DNA of 64,000 nucleotides, from the NCBI RefSeq assembly GCF_006345805.1, contig NC_042997.1, positions 188,604,001 to 188,668,000 of the forward strand, given 5' to 3'. Origin of the DNA: Octopus sinensis. Lineage: Eukaryota. The notes under the pieces were generated by a model. The model was not told the origin of the DNA. It did not search any database and was given only the letters and a program-made list of their open reading frames with translations. The position numbers and the translations under genes were made by a program. This document shows, one piece after another, positions 38,067-51,548 of the stretch. Position 1 is the stretch's first letter. Each line of letters begins with the position of its first letter.

Positions 38067-38517
38067 AATATGTATAATGATTATTTTTCCATGTGTGTGT
38101 GTGTGTGTGTGTGCGTGCGTGCGTGTTATTTAGATCACTGCTGATGACTTTTATATTTCAAAACTCTGGATAAGGGCTGTATATTTCTACTCACTTTCGG
38201 CATTTTTAGAGTTATTAAAAAACACCACAAAATACTATCTGTTATCCAAAGTGATTTTATTTCAGTGTGTGCATGTGCGCGTGTGAGTGCATGCATGCGT
38301 GCACACGCAGACACACACATCAACCAAATGTATTGTTCATCCAATTACATGTTCTTCAGTATCATAAAAGCAATGATTATACCACAACAGTATGCTGTGA
38401 GAATGAAACGCACAAGGGAGATATAGTCTATTGAAAACTATCTTGGATTGCTGGAGGTTCTAATTTAGAGAGCACGTGCGCACACATATCTGTGTGTGCA
38501 TGCGCATGCACATGTGT

Positions 38518-38586
<69 letters not shown>

Positions 38587-39689
38587 GAGTCATTTATTTC
38601 TGATAATGGACATACAAAGTAAAATGTAGAAGCCTAGCAAAAATATAGCTTCTGTACATATGGATATAGTAGAGGTGACATTTTGCTTAGAGGACATTTA
38701 TAGTATACAGAGACAGTGAATGTGAGAGAATAATGGAGGTGCTAAGAACAATGAAATTCCACGAAACAGGAAGAACTTCCAGAAAAATCTGTAACTCAGT
38801 GATTAGCAATCCACCACCCACATCATTTTTATCAATACACTTCACTTGTAATGTATCAATATGAAATTATGAACAATTGTAGTATTTGTGGATGCTGCCA
38901 GATAGTAAGTAGGGCAATTTTACCAAAAGTAAAAAAGCAAAATAACTGACTGGTTAGTGTGAAAGGAGCAGGTAAATATTTTCTAAATGAATTTCCCGTT
39001 ACCAATATTATCATAACTATTATTATAAAATATTTAGCTATTTACCAGTGTTATGTGTACAAGATAATAAGCAGCTTATAATATACTGATTCCATATAGC
39101 AATGATAATCATATTTCTTTATAATAGTTTCTTACCCCAGAACCAATGATACGATAAATATGAACAGAAAGAGTTCCATGTGATAAAGTCTAATACATTA
39201 ATAAATTTATTTAGAATGCCATTTATAGAGCTTAATATAAATAGATTTAGTAATAGTTTTAAATATCAGAACAGTCAGTGAAAGAACTAAATTTATGCCT
39301 TAGAGTGACAAAATAAAAAAAAATTTTTAATTAAAATTTTTTTTTTTAATCGAAAACTTCTAACAAAGTTAGTTTTGAAAAACAGTAAAAAATAAACCTA
39401 TCAGGACAAGAGAGCAAGTCAAAAGAAAGAAAATCACTAGCAGCTACTAAATGAGTGAGGTAAACTTGGAAAGACAAAATTACAAAGTATATTAGAAATT
39501 TAAGAGAATAGATTTATGTAGTATAGGCCTGTCACAAAATTGGAAGGTAAAAGCTGAAAAAAAAATGGGTGCACTAACTTCATAGATTTTCAAACTAAAG
39601 AGTGTTAACTGTGAAAAAGATGAAATTAAAATTAGTACAAACTATAAAATACAATTTACAACTCCATGTTAAAATGTAACTAACTATTG

Positions 39690-39893
39690 GGGCAGTGAGC
39701 TGGCAGAATCACTAGCACACCAGACAAAATGGTGAGTGTCTTGACATAACTGAGTTCAAATTCCGCTGAGGTCGATTTTGCCTTTCATCCTTTCTGAGTT
39801 GATAAAATAAAGCACCAGTAGAGCACTGGGGTCGATGTAATCAAATAACACTCCCCTGAACTTGCTGGCCTTGTGCCAAAATTTGAAACCAAT
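39690..39893 (+). mobile_element. Family B SINE
   Basis: GGCAGTGAGCTGGCAGAATC..GAGTTCAAATTCCGCTGAGGTCGATTTTGCCTTTCATCC. Confidence 0.85.
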
Positions 39894-40245
39894 TTGTAAC
39901 ATCGTCACCAGGTGTCTTGCAAAATCTGTTTCAATCATCTAATTTAAGTTTTAGTATGCTTTCAAACACACGCACTCATGTGTGTGTGAGTGTAATTAAG
40001 TTGAATATGATTCACAAACCATTTAAATAGTTGAGTATTTTTGTATTTAAACTTTTTAATAGCACCCTGTATGCAATGTTTTTAGAGTGGCATAATAATG
40101 ATGATCATAATCCTTGTGATGCATCCATGACAACACATGTACAATGCACACGACTTGGATATAACTAGAGAACTACATGAAACCACTCCACGTAAAGTTC
40201 TCACAAACATTGTGGTATACCTCATGTTGCATTAATATATATCAG

Positions 40246-40456
40246 AGATGGCAGAATCATTACCACACTGGGCAAAATGCTTCGTAGCATTTTGTCTGTC
40301 TTTATGTTCTGAATTCAAGTTCTGCCAAGAATGACTTAACCTTTCACCCTTTGAAGGGTTGATAAGATAAGTAGCAGTTGAGTACTGGGGTTAATGTAAT
40401 CAACTTACCCGCTCCCTCGAAATTGCTGGCCTTGTGCCAAAATTTGAAATCAATAT
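40246..40456 (+). mobile_element. Family B SINE
   Basis: Colinear with 39690-39893. Confidence 0.8.
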
Positions 40457-42186
40457 TTAGATTCTTCTATTTTCAGATTCTTACTTAAGTGTAAGTTGAT
40501 TGTAGAACATATTCACATGTTCTTCTTTTTTTTTTTCTTTTTTCTTGTCTTTAAATTAAAATAGAGTATATAAGTCAAGTATGAAACATCATAGACAGTT
40601 TTCCCTTTCTTATCTAAGCAAAGTTCTTCCTAGTTCTCGTACCTTGTGACTTTCTTTTATGTGGATTTGGAATGCCTGTAGCTTACTGGGGATATCATTG
40701 CAGTTTCAGGAAAAAGAGTGAAATGACATTTAAAAACGAAACTTTGCTTATTAGGACCTACTATGTAATGGGGGAAATGCCAACCCCACTCCTAAAATAT
40801 GGGAAAACATAAACTGAAAGTATTTTAAGTCAGAAAGAAAACATTGCATTTGAGTATGTCTGAAAACAGAAAACACCCAGCAAAATGACTATTATGTGTT
40901 AATCTTAATATGCCCTAAGTTGATGAACTAGTTTGTCACTTTGTAATTAATCTCATTAGTGTCCATGTTAAGAAGAGACTGGCTAGTTTACTAATTTTAT
41001 ATTTCAAATAATTACAAATAATTTTGAGTAAATAAGTTCTTGCGTGGTTTGTTTATCTACAAGTCAACCTGAATTGAGTAAATCTTGGCCAATCCATCTT
41101 TTTTAGGGGTATCTAGCACTACATCATTCAATGTGTCTTTTTCTTGTTTAAAATGGCAAGGTACAATTTGAGGAAGATTTGGCAGCCAGGTTGAACTTCT
41201 TTGATGGCCAGTGTAATTTTGTGTATGGTATGTATGTGGTCAACATATTATCCTGAGAAAATGAACCAGTGGTCTAATATAGGTGTGTGTGTGTGCATGT
41301 GTGTGTGTGCATGCGCATGTACTTATAAATACATTAGAATGGTGAGTTCTGTATTCAAGACTTATAGGTAATTTGGGGCTAAAGAAGTAACTATGTCACC
41401 TTGATAGATTTGGTTATGTTGAATATCTCAAGTATTTACTTGTGTACCTATGTTGTATATCTCAGGTTTGAGATGATGCAAGTTATGTGCTGTTTATGAA
41501 TAAAGAATATTTAGATTTGTAAAGATTGATAGACCCAGCAATTGTGATGATTGATGATTATAGCTATATGGGATCTATGAATAAAGTGATAATGATGTCA
41601 TTTTGCTTTATTTAAATGTGTTAAGTTTTCTCTTTTTCTTCCTGTTCTTGTTGAGTTACAATTACATGTTGTTTTGAATATGTTACCATTGTAGGATATA
41701 TGGAAAATAAAAGAAGGGTCTAAATTGATGCCATCAATCTAAGAGAGCGTTTGGTTTGAAGTGTTAGGGGTGACAATCATTGATAGAGAAAGTCAAAGTA
41801 AAGACAGAACTCTAAATAATGTATTTTCGAGTTTATAAGATTATCGTTTCTATGTTCCTCTGACACACAAGGAAACTTTCAAAGTGACCAGAAACAGCAA
41901 GTTTTCTCAGAAGATTCCCAAGCTGATAGACAAACACGCACGCACATGCATGTGCGTTCATCCTTTGTTTACGCACGCGTCAGCAAAGTCTACCTTGATA
42001 AGTAAACACTAGATATAAACAGAATAAAAAAATAAACTATGGAAAACAGTAAATGTGTTTCATTTACAGTTTTCAGTAATATAGTTGCATATTACATGCC
42101 AAGAGGAGAAAAACAAAATAATTGCAGATAATTTGCTTGGATTATATGGCTTTTACTACAGTCGTCTATTATTTTTACTATCATCA

Positions 42187-42217
<31 letters not shown>

Positions 42218-42835
42218 CATTATTATTATTATTATTGCTATTATTATTAAATAGAAACAATCACTTTAATAGCATACAGAACAGTATTAAAGGAGAGAAA
42301 TTTCTATTTCTGTTTATTCCAATATCAATTTTCTTTATTGCACCATTTATTTAGTTGTTTGCTGATAGAAGAAAATGTCCAAAAACTAAAGGTAACGAAT
42401 TATTGGTATTGGCAATAATTTAATAGGAATCGTCTTTTTTTTTTTAAGGGTGCGTTTCTGGGACGAGAGGTGATGTTTTTTTTTTTTTTACTCTTTCTTT
42501 CATTTTCTCTGATTACCACCTATGTCAAGCGTTACATTTTCTGTGAGACATCTAAATGTAATTACTAGAATATTACTATTTACTCTATTCTAGACACAAT
42601 ATACAAGGTTATGCTAAATGAAATCACTAGCAAAAATCCAAGTAGCTAGTATATTCCAGTTTGGTATCAAGCTTAAGTTAGAGAAAGATATTTGCCCGCT
42701 TCAAACGGCATAGGAAACAGTCTTCAGATATTTCAACTGTAGCATGCGTTAGAAATCCTAAGGCAGTTTGAGAGATGTAGTTTGTACAAAATATCAACAA
42801 GCGGACACAAAATCCATAATCAAATTTAATCTCTT

Positions 42836-43070
42836 TCCCATCGTTGCCGTCATCATCTAATGTCTGTTTTCCATGCTGGCATGGATTGGACGGTTTGACA
42901 CGAGCTAGTATGGCTGAGAGCTGCACCAGGTTCCATTGTCTGTTTTGGCATGGTTTCTATGGCTGGATGCCCTTCCTGTTGCCAACCACTTTATAGCATG
43001 CTTTCTATGTGGTACCAGCACTGACAGGGCCACCAAGTAACTTGGAAGACAAAAAAAACCCCAGCTGGGA
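42836..43070 (-). mobile_element. Family C-related element
   Basis: TTTTCCATGCTGGCATGGATTGGACGGTTTGAC..GGCTGGATGCCCTTCC. Confidence 0.8.
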
Positions 43071-43399
43071 GTGGTGTGGCTTTTTGTGCCATGTGTGTGT
43101 GTATTGCTGGCATATATACACACACTGAAACACATACAGGTTATATTTTCTCATTTATCATACAAAAATATAACTGCCTTTTGTGGAAGGATTGTGCAAA
43201 GTTGCTCCATATGCTGGTTTGCATGTGCAAGTACACTGACATGCATACACACACATACAGGGTGCAGTAATAAAAGAAAAAAATAACCTTTCAAAATTTG
43301 ATGATAGTTTTCATTATCAAACCTTTTGAAGTTTCATGTCTTACTTTGTTTCATTTTGAATATTAAAATACAAAGAGGAAAAAATATTTTTACAAGTAA

Positions 43400-44700
43400 T
43401 ATATGTGGCTAATTGTAAGAACTGATGAAAGGAAAACTTGAAGAAATATGCAATAATAAGGTGAAAACATGTAGGTAATTTGATAAGCCATATCAATTTG
43501 CTTTTTTGGGTGAAGGTTAGTATAACTATGTCAAAGGATGAAGATAGTTTATCATAACCTTTTTGCATATGAGAAATGTAAAGAGTGCAAGTGAAACTGA
43601 TCCAGTAGTTACTAGATCAAAGGTATTGTTGAATTGTATTAAAGAAGGAGTTCCACAGAATAGTGGTCCTTAAAGATGAATAATGTTTGGTGTGTAGTGT
43701 GTAAAAACTAAAATGCATAGGTGAAATGAAGTGGAAAGATCAAAAAGAAATGGAATAGAGCTGGTAACTTTTGAATAAGATAGGAAGTTATATAATAAAG
43801 ATGGGAGAAGCAAGAGAACACAGCACATTAAAACATTTCATTCGGGGAAGAATTATCAATCAGGTGAATAGCTTTCAGAAGATGTATCATCTTAGCTGTG
43901 GAAAAAAGTATTTCCAAAGTGAAGCTATTGTAGAAATTCAAGAGCTATTCAAAGCTGAAATATATTTTGCTGCAAAAAAGAAACTGTTTCTTTGACTAAT
44001 AAGGCTTCTAGAAGAAATTGTTAGAGATAGTAATTCCTTATATGTGTAATTATAGGGATGTTTTTAAGTCAGAAATCGCTGAAGAGTGATGGTATTTTTA
44101 AAAAATAATGGTTCCTGATTAAAACACAAAACAAGAAATTCATAAGGGAAAAGTTAGTGATTCCACTAACACCAGTACTTGACTGGTATTTTATATCACT
44201 GACTCTAAAAGGATGAAAAGTAAAACCGACTTCAGCAAAATTTGAACTCAAGAAGGTAGAGATAGGGAAGAAATATCGACAGTATTTTTTACTAGGCTCT
44301 AATGATTCTATCGATTCAGCAACCTTATTTCTTGAAATAATAACATTATTATCTCATACATATTGGGGAGATAAAGTAAAATTATGGAAGAAGTGGATGT
44401 TTTGTGAGAGTTACTGTTGTTAGGGATATTAATGGACAATATATTGGATTTAAAGAAGAGGGAAAATAAAAGGCTGTCAAATTTCATAGGAATGCATGAG
44501 ATAGATAGATAGATGTGCCATGTATAAAGAGACTTGTCATGATGAAGGAGCTTTGGGAGACAGCAGAGTTGATGAGGGATTGTTGAAGGTGTTGTTGATA
44601 GAAATAAATATGGTATGAACAGTGAGAAAATTTTGGATAAAAGAAATTACATCCAAATGAAATCTATAATGGGGGAAAAATGATGTCAAAATATTTGCAC
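43400..44700 (-). pseudogene. Decayed CR1/L2-type LINE 3' region, interrupted by a family B SINE at about 44107-44324
   Basis: Minus strand KAIHLID and RTTILWNS (RTxxLWNSL-like) motifs. Confidence 0.5.
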
Positions 44701-45335
44701 ATCAAATTTTTCATTGGCTGCTAACATTGATGGCACAAGTTTTACTTTTATTAAAACTTTCTAAAGCTACCTTCTAAGTAGACTGCATTTTTAGAAACTA
44801 TATTGGTTGTAGTTAAGAGCTTATATGACTTACAATAAATCTTTGTGTAAAAAGAAGACACTGAATATTGTGCTTAAGATGAACTGATTCTGAACTGCAA
44901 TATTTGAAAGTAAGAGCTGAGATGTTATTTAGTGAGGGATCTAACAACTTTGTTTTGATTTATCCCTTAATTGATAAAATCCCACTGGAAAAAGTATCTT
45001 TTACCAATCAGGAAAAAAACAAAAAATCCAAGAGAATATTATTCAAAATCCTTGATAGATCAGCCTGTCCATTTTATAAGAGTTAATTTTGGAGCAATAA
45101 AACTCATTTCTCTTTTAGTTATAACCACTCTGAACCAATTTAATGCATGCTATATCAAATAAAATAGACCAAATATTTTGATGAGGTTGGTGGCGGGGGC
45201 TGTTGTGTGTGTGATTTACAACAAAAAATGGTTAATATATATTCGATACATATATCTATGATTTACTTCAAAAAAGAGTTTACACACACGATTCACCCCA
45301 ATAAATAAAAGTTGTATGTATGTATCTATGTGTGT

Positions 45336-45366
<31 letters not shown>

Positions 45367-45405
45367 CAACCCATGCCTGCATGGAAAATGGATGTTAAAC
45401 GATGA

Positions 45406-45442
<37 letters not shown>

Positions 45443-45444
<2 letters not shown>

Positions 45445-45780
45445 CATCCTCATCATCATTTAATGTCTATTTTCCATGCTGGCATGGGTTAGATAGTTTG
45501 ACAGGAGCTGGCAAGCTAGAGAGCTTTGCTCCATTGTCTGCTTTGGTATGGTTTCTGCAGCTAGATGCCCTTCACATAACAGAGTGTACTGGGTGCTTTT
45601 TACATGGCACCAACATCAGCAGGGTTACCAAGTAACTTGCAAGACAAAGACCCCTCAACTGAGAAAGAGAATGTTACTGAGAGAGGTGGCTTTCTGCCAG
45701 TTGAAAGATTAAGGTATAATAGAAGGATAGAGAGAGGTGTCTTACCATTGAGGAGATACTTAGCCATCCTAGTAGGAAAA
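45443..45780 (-). mobile_element. Family C-related element, long variant
   Basis: Shares its 5' extension with 8732-9075. Confidence 0.7.
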
Positions 45781-45854
45781 AAAGTAGAGGAAGGAGAGAT
45801 AGAGTTAGAAAGAAAGACAGACACAGAGTGAGAAGAGAGAGAGAGAAATATATT

Positions 45855-46369
45855 TTTATCTTTTTATTTGACTGCAGTCATGCTGGGGCACTACCTTGAG
45901 GGTTATTTGTCAAACAAATCAACCCAAGGACTTTTTCTTTTAAAACCTAGTACTTAGTCTATCAGTCTCTTTTGCTGAACCACTAAGTCACAGGAATGTA
46001 AACACACCAACACTAGTTGTCAAGCAGTGGTGGAGGACAAACACAGACAGATAGATATATGTGTATCTAAGTATACACATATATCTATGTATACTTAGAT
46101 ATATGTATACTTAGTTATATATCTAAGTATACACATATACCTATGCATATAGTTAGATATATATTTAAGTATACACATACATATATACTTATATATATAC
46201 ATATATATGACAGGCTTCTTTCAGTTCCTGTCTACTAAATCCTTTCACAAGGCTTCGGTCAGCCCAAGGCAATAGTAGAAGACACCTGGCCAAAGTGTCA
46301 TGCAGTGGGACTTGATCAGGAACTAGGTGGGTGGGAAGCAAACTTCTTACCACACAGCCATGCCTGCAC
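45855..46369 (-). mobile_element. Family A SINE with expanded AT-rich spacer
   Basis: Colinear with 37657-38066; spacer 46050-46208 is expanded. Confidence 0.85.
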
Positions 46370-47433
46370 CACATATATAATGATTAGAATTGTAACCTTT
46401 TGTATTTAGCAGTAATTTTTGTATTGTAGCTTGGTCACCATTGTAGGTAGGTCAGATTATATTCATTATTACTAGCCAAGTCACTCTGACGGAGTGAAAA
46501 TTGAGAACCTCATCATGTTATTGAGAACACCAAGAGTGACTTCATGCCAAGTTATTCAAAACCTCAATTGTAACTTAATTTTTTTTAAATACTTCTACTA
46601 ATTATTTATAACTAAATGTTCATTACTCACCATTTTTCAACATCTACCTTAGTCTAACAGATAACCAAAGATAAGTAATTTTCAACAAACTCAACAAAAT
46701 AGTTTTTATAATTTTTACTTTCGCCTTCCATTTGATCCAATCAACTATGCTGCTATAAAAGCAGCTTCTAAGGAATGCTTTTTTTTTTTCAACCCCTACT
46801 TCGTTCCTCCAAGAAATAATGCCTTCATTCTCAGTAAATCAATCTCGAGTGTGCATGTGTGAGTATGTGCAAGCACTCACATGTATGTTTAATGCAGTTT
46901 AGTTTTGTTTGAGGAAGTAAATTGATTATAAATAATTAACAAAAGTTACTTCAAAGTGTTCTTTTGTGTAAAGTGATAGTTTGTCCCCACTAAAGAATTC
47001 TTATGCTGATATTCATTTCTTTTATTTAGTACAAGGCTACAAATTTGTAGAGGAAGGGTATAATTATTTGAATTAACCACAGTACATGTCTATTGATTAC
47101 TTTATTGACCACACCCACCGTTAAAAGGATTAAAGGAAAAACAGGGTGAACTCAGAATTCAGGAGAATGAAATTAAATACTATTAAATGTTTAGTCAAGT
47201 CCTCTACTCGATTCTAATGCTCATATTAACTGTTTTATTCAGTTAACAAGTACTAATTCTTAAATACAGTTTTCCCCCCTCACACACACACACACCCTCA
47301 TGACAACAGGGAAGAGCAGAGTCTTCAGAATGGGAGTTGACAGATAATATTGAGGATCAAAGTTTTCAATAACCAAATCATTTAGAAATTTTAAAGGTAT
47401 ACCAGAGGGATCAAGAGCCTTGTGGTATATATA

Positions 47434-47666
47434 TATTTCTTTATTACCCACAAGGGGCTAAACACAGAGGGGACAAACAAGGACAGACAAACAGATTAAG
47501 TCGATTACATCGACCCCAGTGCGTAACTGGTACTTAATTTATCGACCCCAAAAGGATGAAAGGCAAAGTCAACCTCGGCGGAATTTGAACCCAGAACGTA
47601 ACGGCAGACAAAATACGGCTACGCATTTCGCCCGGCGTGCTAACGTTTCTGCCAGCTCACCACCTT
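47434..47666 (-). mobile_element. Family B SINE, full length, young
   Basis: Perfect 17-bp TSD GCCTTGTGGTATATATA (47417-47433, 47667-47683); B box GTTCAAATTCC; CpGs intact. Confidence 0.95.
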
Positions 47667-48327
47667 GCCTTGTGGTATATATAATTAACAGAAAGCAAAC
47701 AGTAATTGTACAGGAAATGAGATATGTAGATATTTGATGTTATAGTGGTGTCATACCCTTTATATTTTAAGGCTAACATTTTCAAAGAAAAATTATTATA
47801 AGAATTAATTTGGGTACCATCAAGTTTCAAACTTATCTGACTTGTAGATTGGTTATATGTATCTAAAAGATATCATCCACAGAAAATAGTATTTAAAATA
47901 TTGATTTATTTATTCAGTATTTCCAAAGGAATTTTGAAATATTTGAAATAAAAATCTATAAAGTAAAAGAACTGTTTTTAGAATATTCTTTCTAATAATT
48001 GAATAGATTTTCTGTTCAAATAAATATGAAATACATTTTTCTGAAAGTGTCTGAGATGATTTTCAATACCTTTTCTCTTATTTTTCTAAATAAAATATTC
48101 CAGTAAATACTCATTTAGCACAAAATTTTTCTCTTCACACTAATAAAACAAATTGACCTACAATTTTTAATTAATTTGTTTAAACTTATTAGCACTGATA
48201 TCTCAATGGTATCTAGTTTTTCATTATCTCTGACTTGAATCAGAATGTTACCAATCATACTAGTAGAAGCAAAGGAAATATTTTCCCTGTAAAACATACT
48301 ACTACTATTACTACGTACATACATACA

Positions 48328-48378
<51 letters not shown>

Positions 48379-48949
48379 CAGAGAGACAGACAGAGACGCA
48401 GAGAGAGGAGGAGTTTATTGAAACTCAAGTTGTGAGATAAACATCCAGTTTCAATAAACCATATTAACCTACATGTATTGAGTACTCCTTTCTCATTCGT
48501 TCAACACTTATTCATTTAATATATGTGTTCAACAAATATCAACCACTGAGTTTCCCTCAGTTTGTGTCATCTTACCTTTCTCAATGGTTCTAGACAGAAA
48601 TGAAAACTGGATCACCAACAACTAACCTACTGCATCCCAACATCTTACTATATTTTCAAGATCATTAATTAATGGGATTAGAATGATAATAATGTTATCA
48701 ATAATCGCCAACATCATTACTTCCATTTAATCTGCTGTCCAGACTCATCAATTCCATTACTGTAAGGATTGTCCTGTCTTGAGGAAGCAGTAACATTTTC
48801 ACACATTTCATGAACATACTTCAAAGAGAATCACCCTTTCACTACTTTAATAACATATTTGGAATCTCAAATGATACTGTATATTCCAAATTTGCTCTGC
48901 TACATACATAGAATCCACTCTCCTTTCTGGTTATCAGTAATGGCTTCCA

Positions 48950-49470
48950 GTCTTCATTATTTTCTATACCTGCTGTCAGTGTCTCTTGCAGTTCTCCAAA
49001 CACCCCTGATCACCATCAGCTATCTACTTCCTGAATGAAAATAGTTATCCCACCACATCTCTTGCACTTCATATTAGCAAATTCTTCAACCTATGTTTGG
49101 TATAAGAACCTATTAGATAAGTTGTATGCCTATGGTCTGTATCACCTTAGGATTAGAAGCTTCTTGTCAGATCACTTCATTGAAATGTACTGATAAGAAT
49201 TGTCTCCAATCAACACTACCTTAATTCAAGTGCACCCCAAGGTTCAGTAATATCTCCACATTCTTCTTGTACATTAATGACTCACTTCCTCAAACAACTG
49301 ACATGTCTATACAGATTACAGCAGCCTTCACTCCTCTTTAAACTTTTACACAGGTATCAATCATGCATGACTTAAACACCTCATTCTCCTACAAGGATAT
49401 AATAAGTCTTTTTTCAACAATACAAAGGTACAAATGCTACACATATCAAAGAAAAAGATTTCGCCTCACC
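48950..49470 (+). pseudogene. CR1/L2/Jockey-type LINE reverse transcriptase core relic
   Basis: LALHISKFFN (DISKAFD), LLDKLYAYG, IRSFLSDH, NSSAPQGSVISP (GVPQGSVLSP), FLYIND and YTDYS (YADD) in the correct order, with frameshifts. Confidence 0.85.
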
Positions 49471-49474
49471 CTAG

Positions 49475-49639
49475 TGTCATCTTGAGGCATGGGCACACTG
49501 CGCAATGGCCTGGGGTCTCACAGATCTAAGGGCCCAATTCTGAGCTATGTATGCTTTATCATGCTGTCAATAAATAAATACTATAGAGCCCAATGTACTG
49601 ATATGTTTGGGGGCCTATAATGCTGCTCATAGAGCCCTG
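49475..49639. mobile_element. Possible hAT-like MITE
   Basis: GC-rich island with GGGCCC motifs ending GAGCCCTG (CAGGG-type TIR); left end degraded. Confidence 0.4.
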
Positions 49640-49714
49640 CCCTAATCATGAAGAACACATAAAAATTCCAACATAAAAACAACTGCTACTTATCACACTT
49701 TCTCTATGACTTAT

Positions 49715-49964
49715 TCTGTTGTGTCTGGGGAGAGTCATTTTCTTTTTGTGCCTTATAATGTAACATACACACCGGTAAAATTTCCACTTTTTTCTTATTT
49801 TTATTTTCCTAAAATTTTCATTGCGTCTTGCAACCTTTTCAATAGTATTGAGTGTGTTACATTATAAGGCACAAAAAGAAAATGACTCTCCCCAAACACA
49901 ACAGAATATGCTTCAACACACAAACTCACATAAAGAATCTTGCAAACCAAATCCAAAAATGAAA
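49715..49964. mobile_element. Inverted-structure Penelope-like non-autonomous insertion
   Basis: 12-bp TSD TCTATGACTTAT (49703-49714, 49965-49976); inverted repeat of about 55 bp at 49712-49768 / 49851-49908; asymmetric arms; diverged relative at about 50488-50610. Confidence 0.8.
49808..49846 (-). ncRNA. Putative minimal hammerhead ribozyme, U3-A8 core variant
   Basis: Minus strand CUA-UUGAAAA-G-GUUGC-aagac-GCAAU-GAAA-AU-UU-UAG. Confidence 0.55.
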
Positions 49965-50620
49965 TCTATGACTTATGTTATATAACTTTACAAATTTGCA
50001 TCAGGAAAGACTAGAATCTTCTTTAGGGTGAAGAAATGCTCTTATCCCGGTTAATTGTTGTCCCTTTACAATGCTTAAGTAAAAACATTGTTAGCACTGG
50101 AACAATGTTTTTGTTGCTCACACAGATGCCCTACATCACATCCAAAAAGAAAACTGTTTGAATGATTTACTTGATACAAGCCTTTCTATTGGGGTATTCC
50201 ATTAGACCTATTTTTGTATTGAGTCAAAGATATTTTTATCAAGAGTTTAGCCTTTAGTCTACAGTCCAGTGAGATACAATTACAATAGCTTTTTAGGTTT
50301 TCACCTCCTTTCAGAATGACATGTTAGATTACTAAGTACTAAAGTATGACATTAGGAGAAAATGATGGATAAATCTCTATATATTTAAGCTCAATGAACT
50401 ACAAACAGAAATCAATACTCTCTACATCTTCCTTAGACTGCTTCCATATCTGTACTATTTTTAGTAAACTGATGAAATTCTGCATTTGACATTTTATATT
50501 TGGTTTGCAACATTCTTGATGTTAACTTGTGAGTTGAAACAGATTTTGTTGTATCTTGGAAGGGTCATTATGCCAGGAATAAACACACACATAGTTTTAT
50601 TTCACTTCTTTTGTTATTAT

Positions 50621-50790
50621 CATGTGACTTAATGGTTAGGGTGTTGGGAGTCCTGATCATAGGACTGCAGTTTTAATTCCTGGATTGAGTAACATTTTGT
50701 GTTCTTAAGCAAAGCATTTAATTTTACTTCATGTTGCTCCTGTCCACTCAGCTGACAAAAACGGGTAGTCTTGGGACAGAATTAACACGC
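50621..50790 (+). mobile_element. Family D SINE (decayed)
   Basis: GTGACTTAATGGTTAGGG..GTGTTCTTAAGCAAAGCATTT..GTTGCTCCTGTCCACTCAGCTG. Confidence 0.65.
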
Positions 50791-50934
50791 ACCATTGTAT
50801 CAGAACTGTAAATTTGCTAATGATAATGTTTAATAGTTAAATGCACTATTGGTATAAGGCTATCATGCAAGAATTCTATATGTGCTATCCTGAACACAAA
50901 CCTGGGTTGAGTTCCAGATGCTGCATATTCATTA

Positions 50935-51312
50935 GGCATAGGTATAGCTGTATGGTTTAAAAGTGTGCATCACAATTTCGTGGTTTAGGGTTCAATCCCA
51001 CTGCTTTCCACCTTAGGCAAGTTTCTTCTACTATAGCCTCAAGCTAATGCTTTGTGGGTCGTTTTGATAGATTAAAACTGTATGGAAGATTATCAAATGC
51101 ATGCATGTGCACACACACACATGCACTTTGTTTATACCCCCATCACTACTTGACAAAAGAAATAGGTTTGTCTACATCCCTACAATTTAGAAATTTGGCA
51201 ACAAGAGACTGATAGAATAAATCCTAGATTTTAAAAAAGTACTGAGCTAAAATATTAGGAGAGTAGATAATAAAATAATAATTCCAGTGGCCTTCAAATT
51301 AAACAGAATAAA
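50935..51312 (+). mobile_element. Family A SINE (decayed)
   Basis: GGGTTCAATCCCACTGC..GGCAAGTTTCTTCTACTATAGCCTC..GATAGAATAA. Confidence 0.7.
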
Positions 51313-51320
51313 AAATATGT

Positions 51321-51548
51321 TTAACCTTTTATCATTCAGATTCTTTTGTCAAATATAATGCTTATTTATTTATATTGTTTTGAATTAATCATGCATTATC
51401 TCACAGCTTTCAGAGTTCAATGATGTAGATGTTTATATTTAGAATAACATTGTAGGGCAGGTGTGAGAGGTTGGATCTGACCAATTTGAACACAAAACAG
51501 ATAAAATATCTAGGTTGGATATGGCTAGTTTAAATGCTAAAAGGTTAA
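51321..51548 (+). mobile_element. piggyBac-like MITE
   Basis: TTAA-CCTTTTATCATT .. AATGCTAAAAGG-TTAA. Confidence 0.88.
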
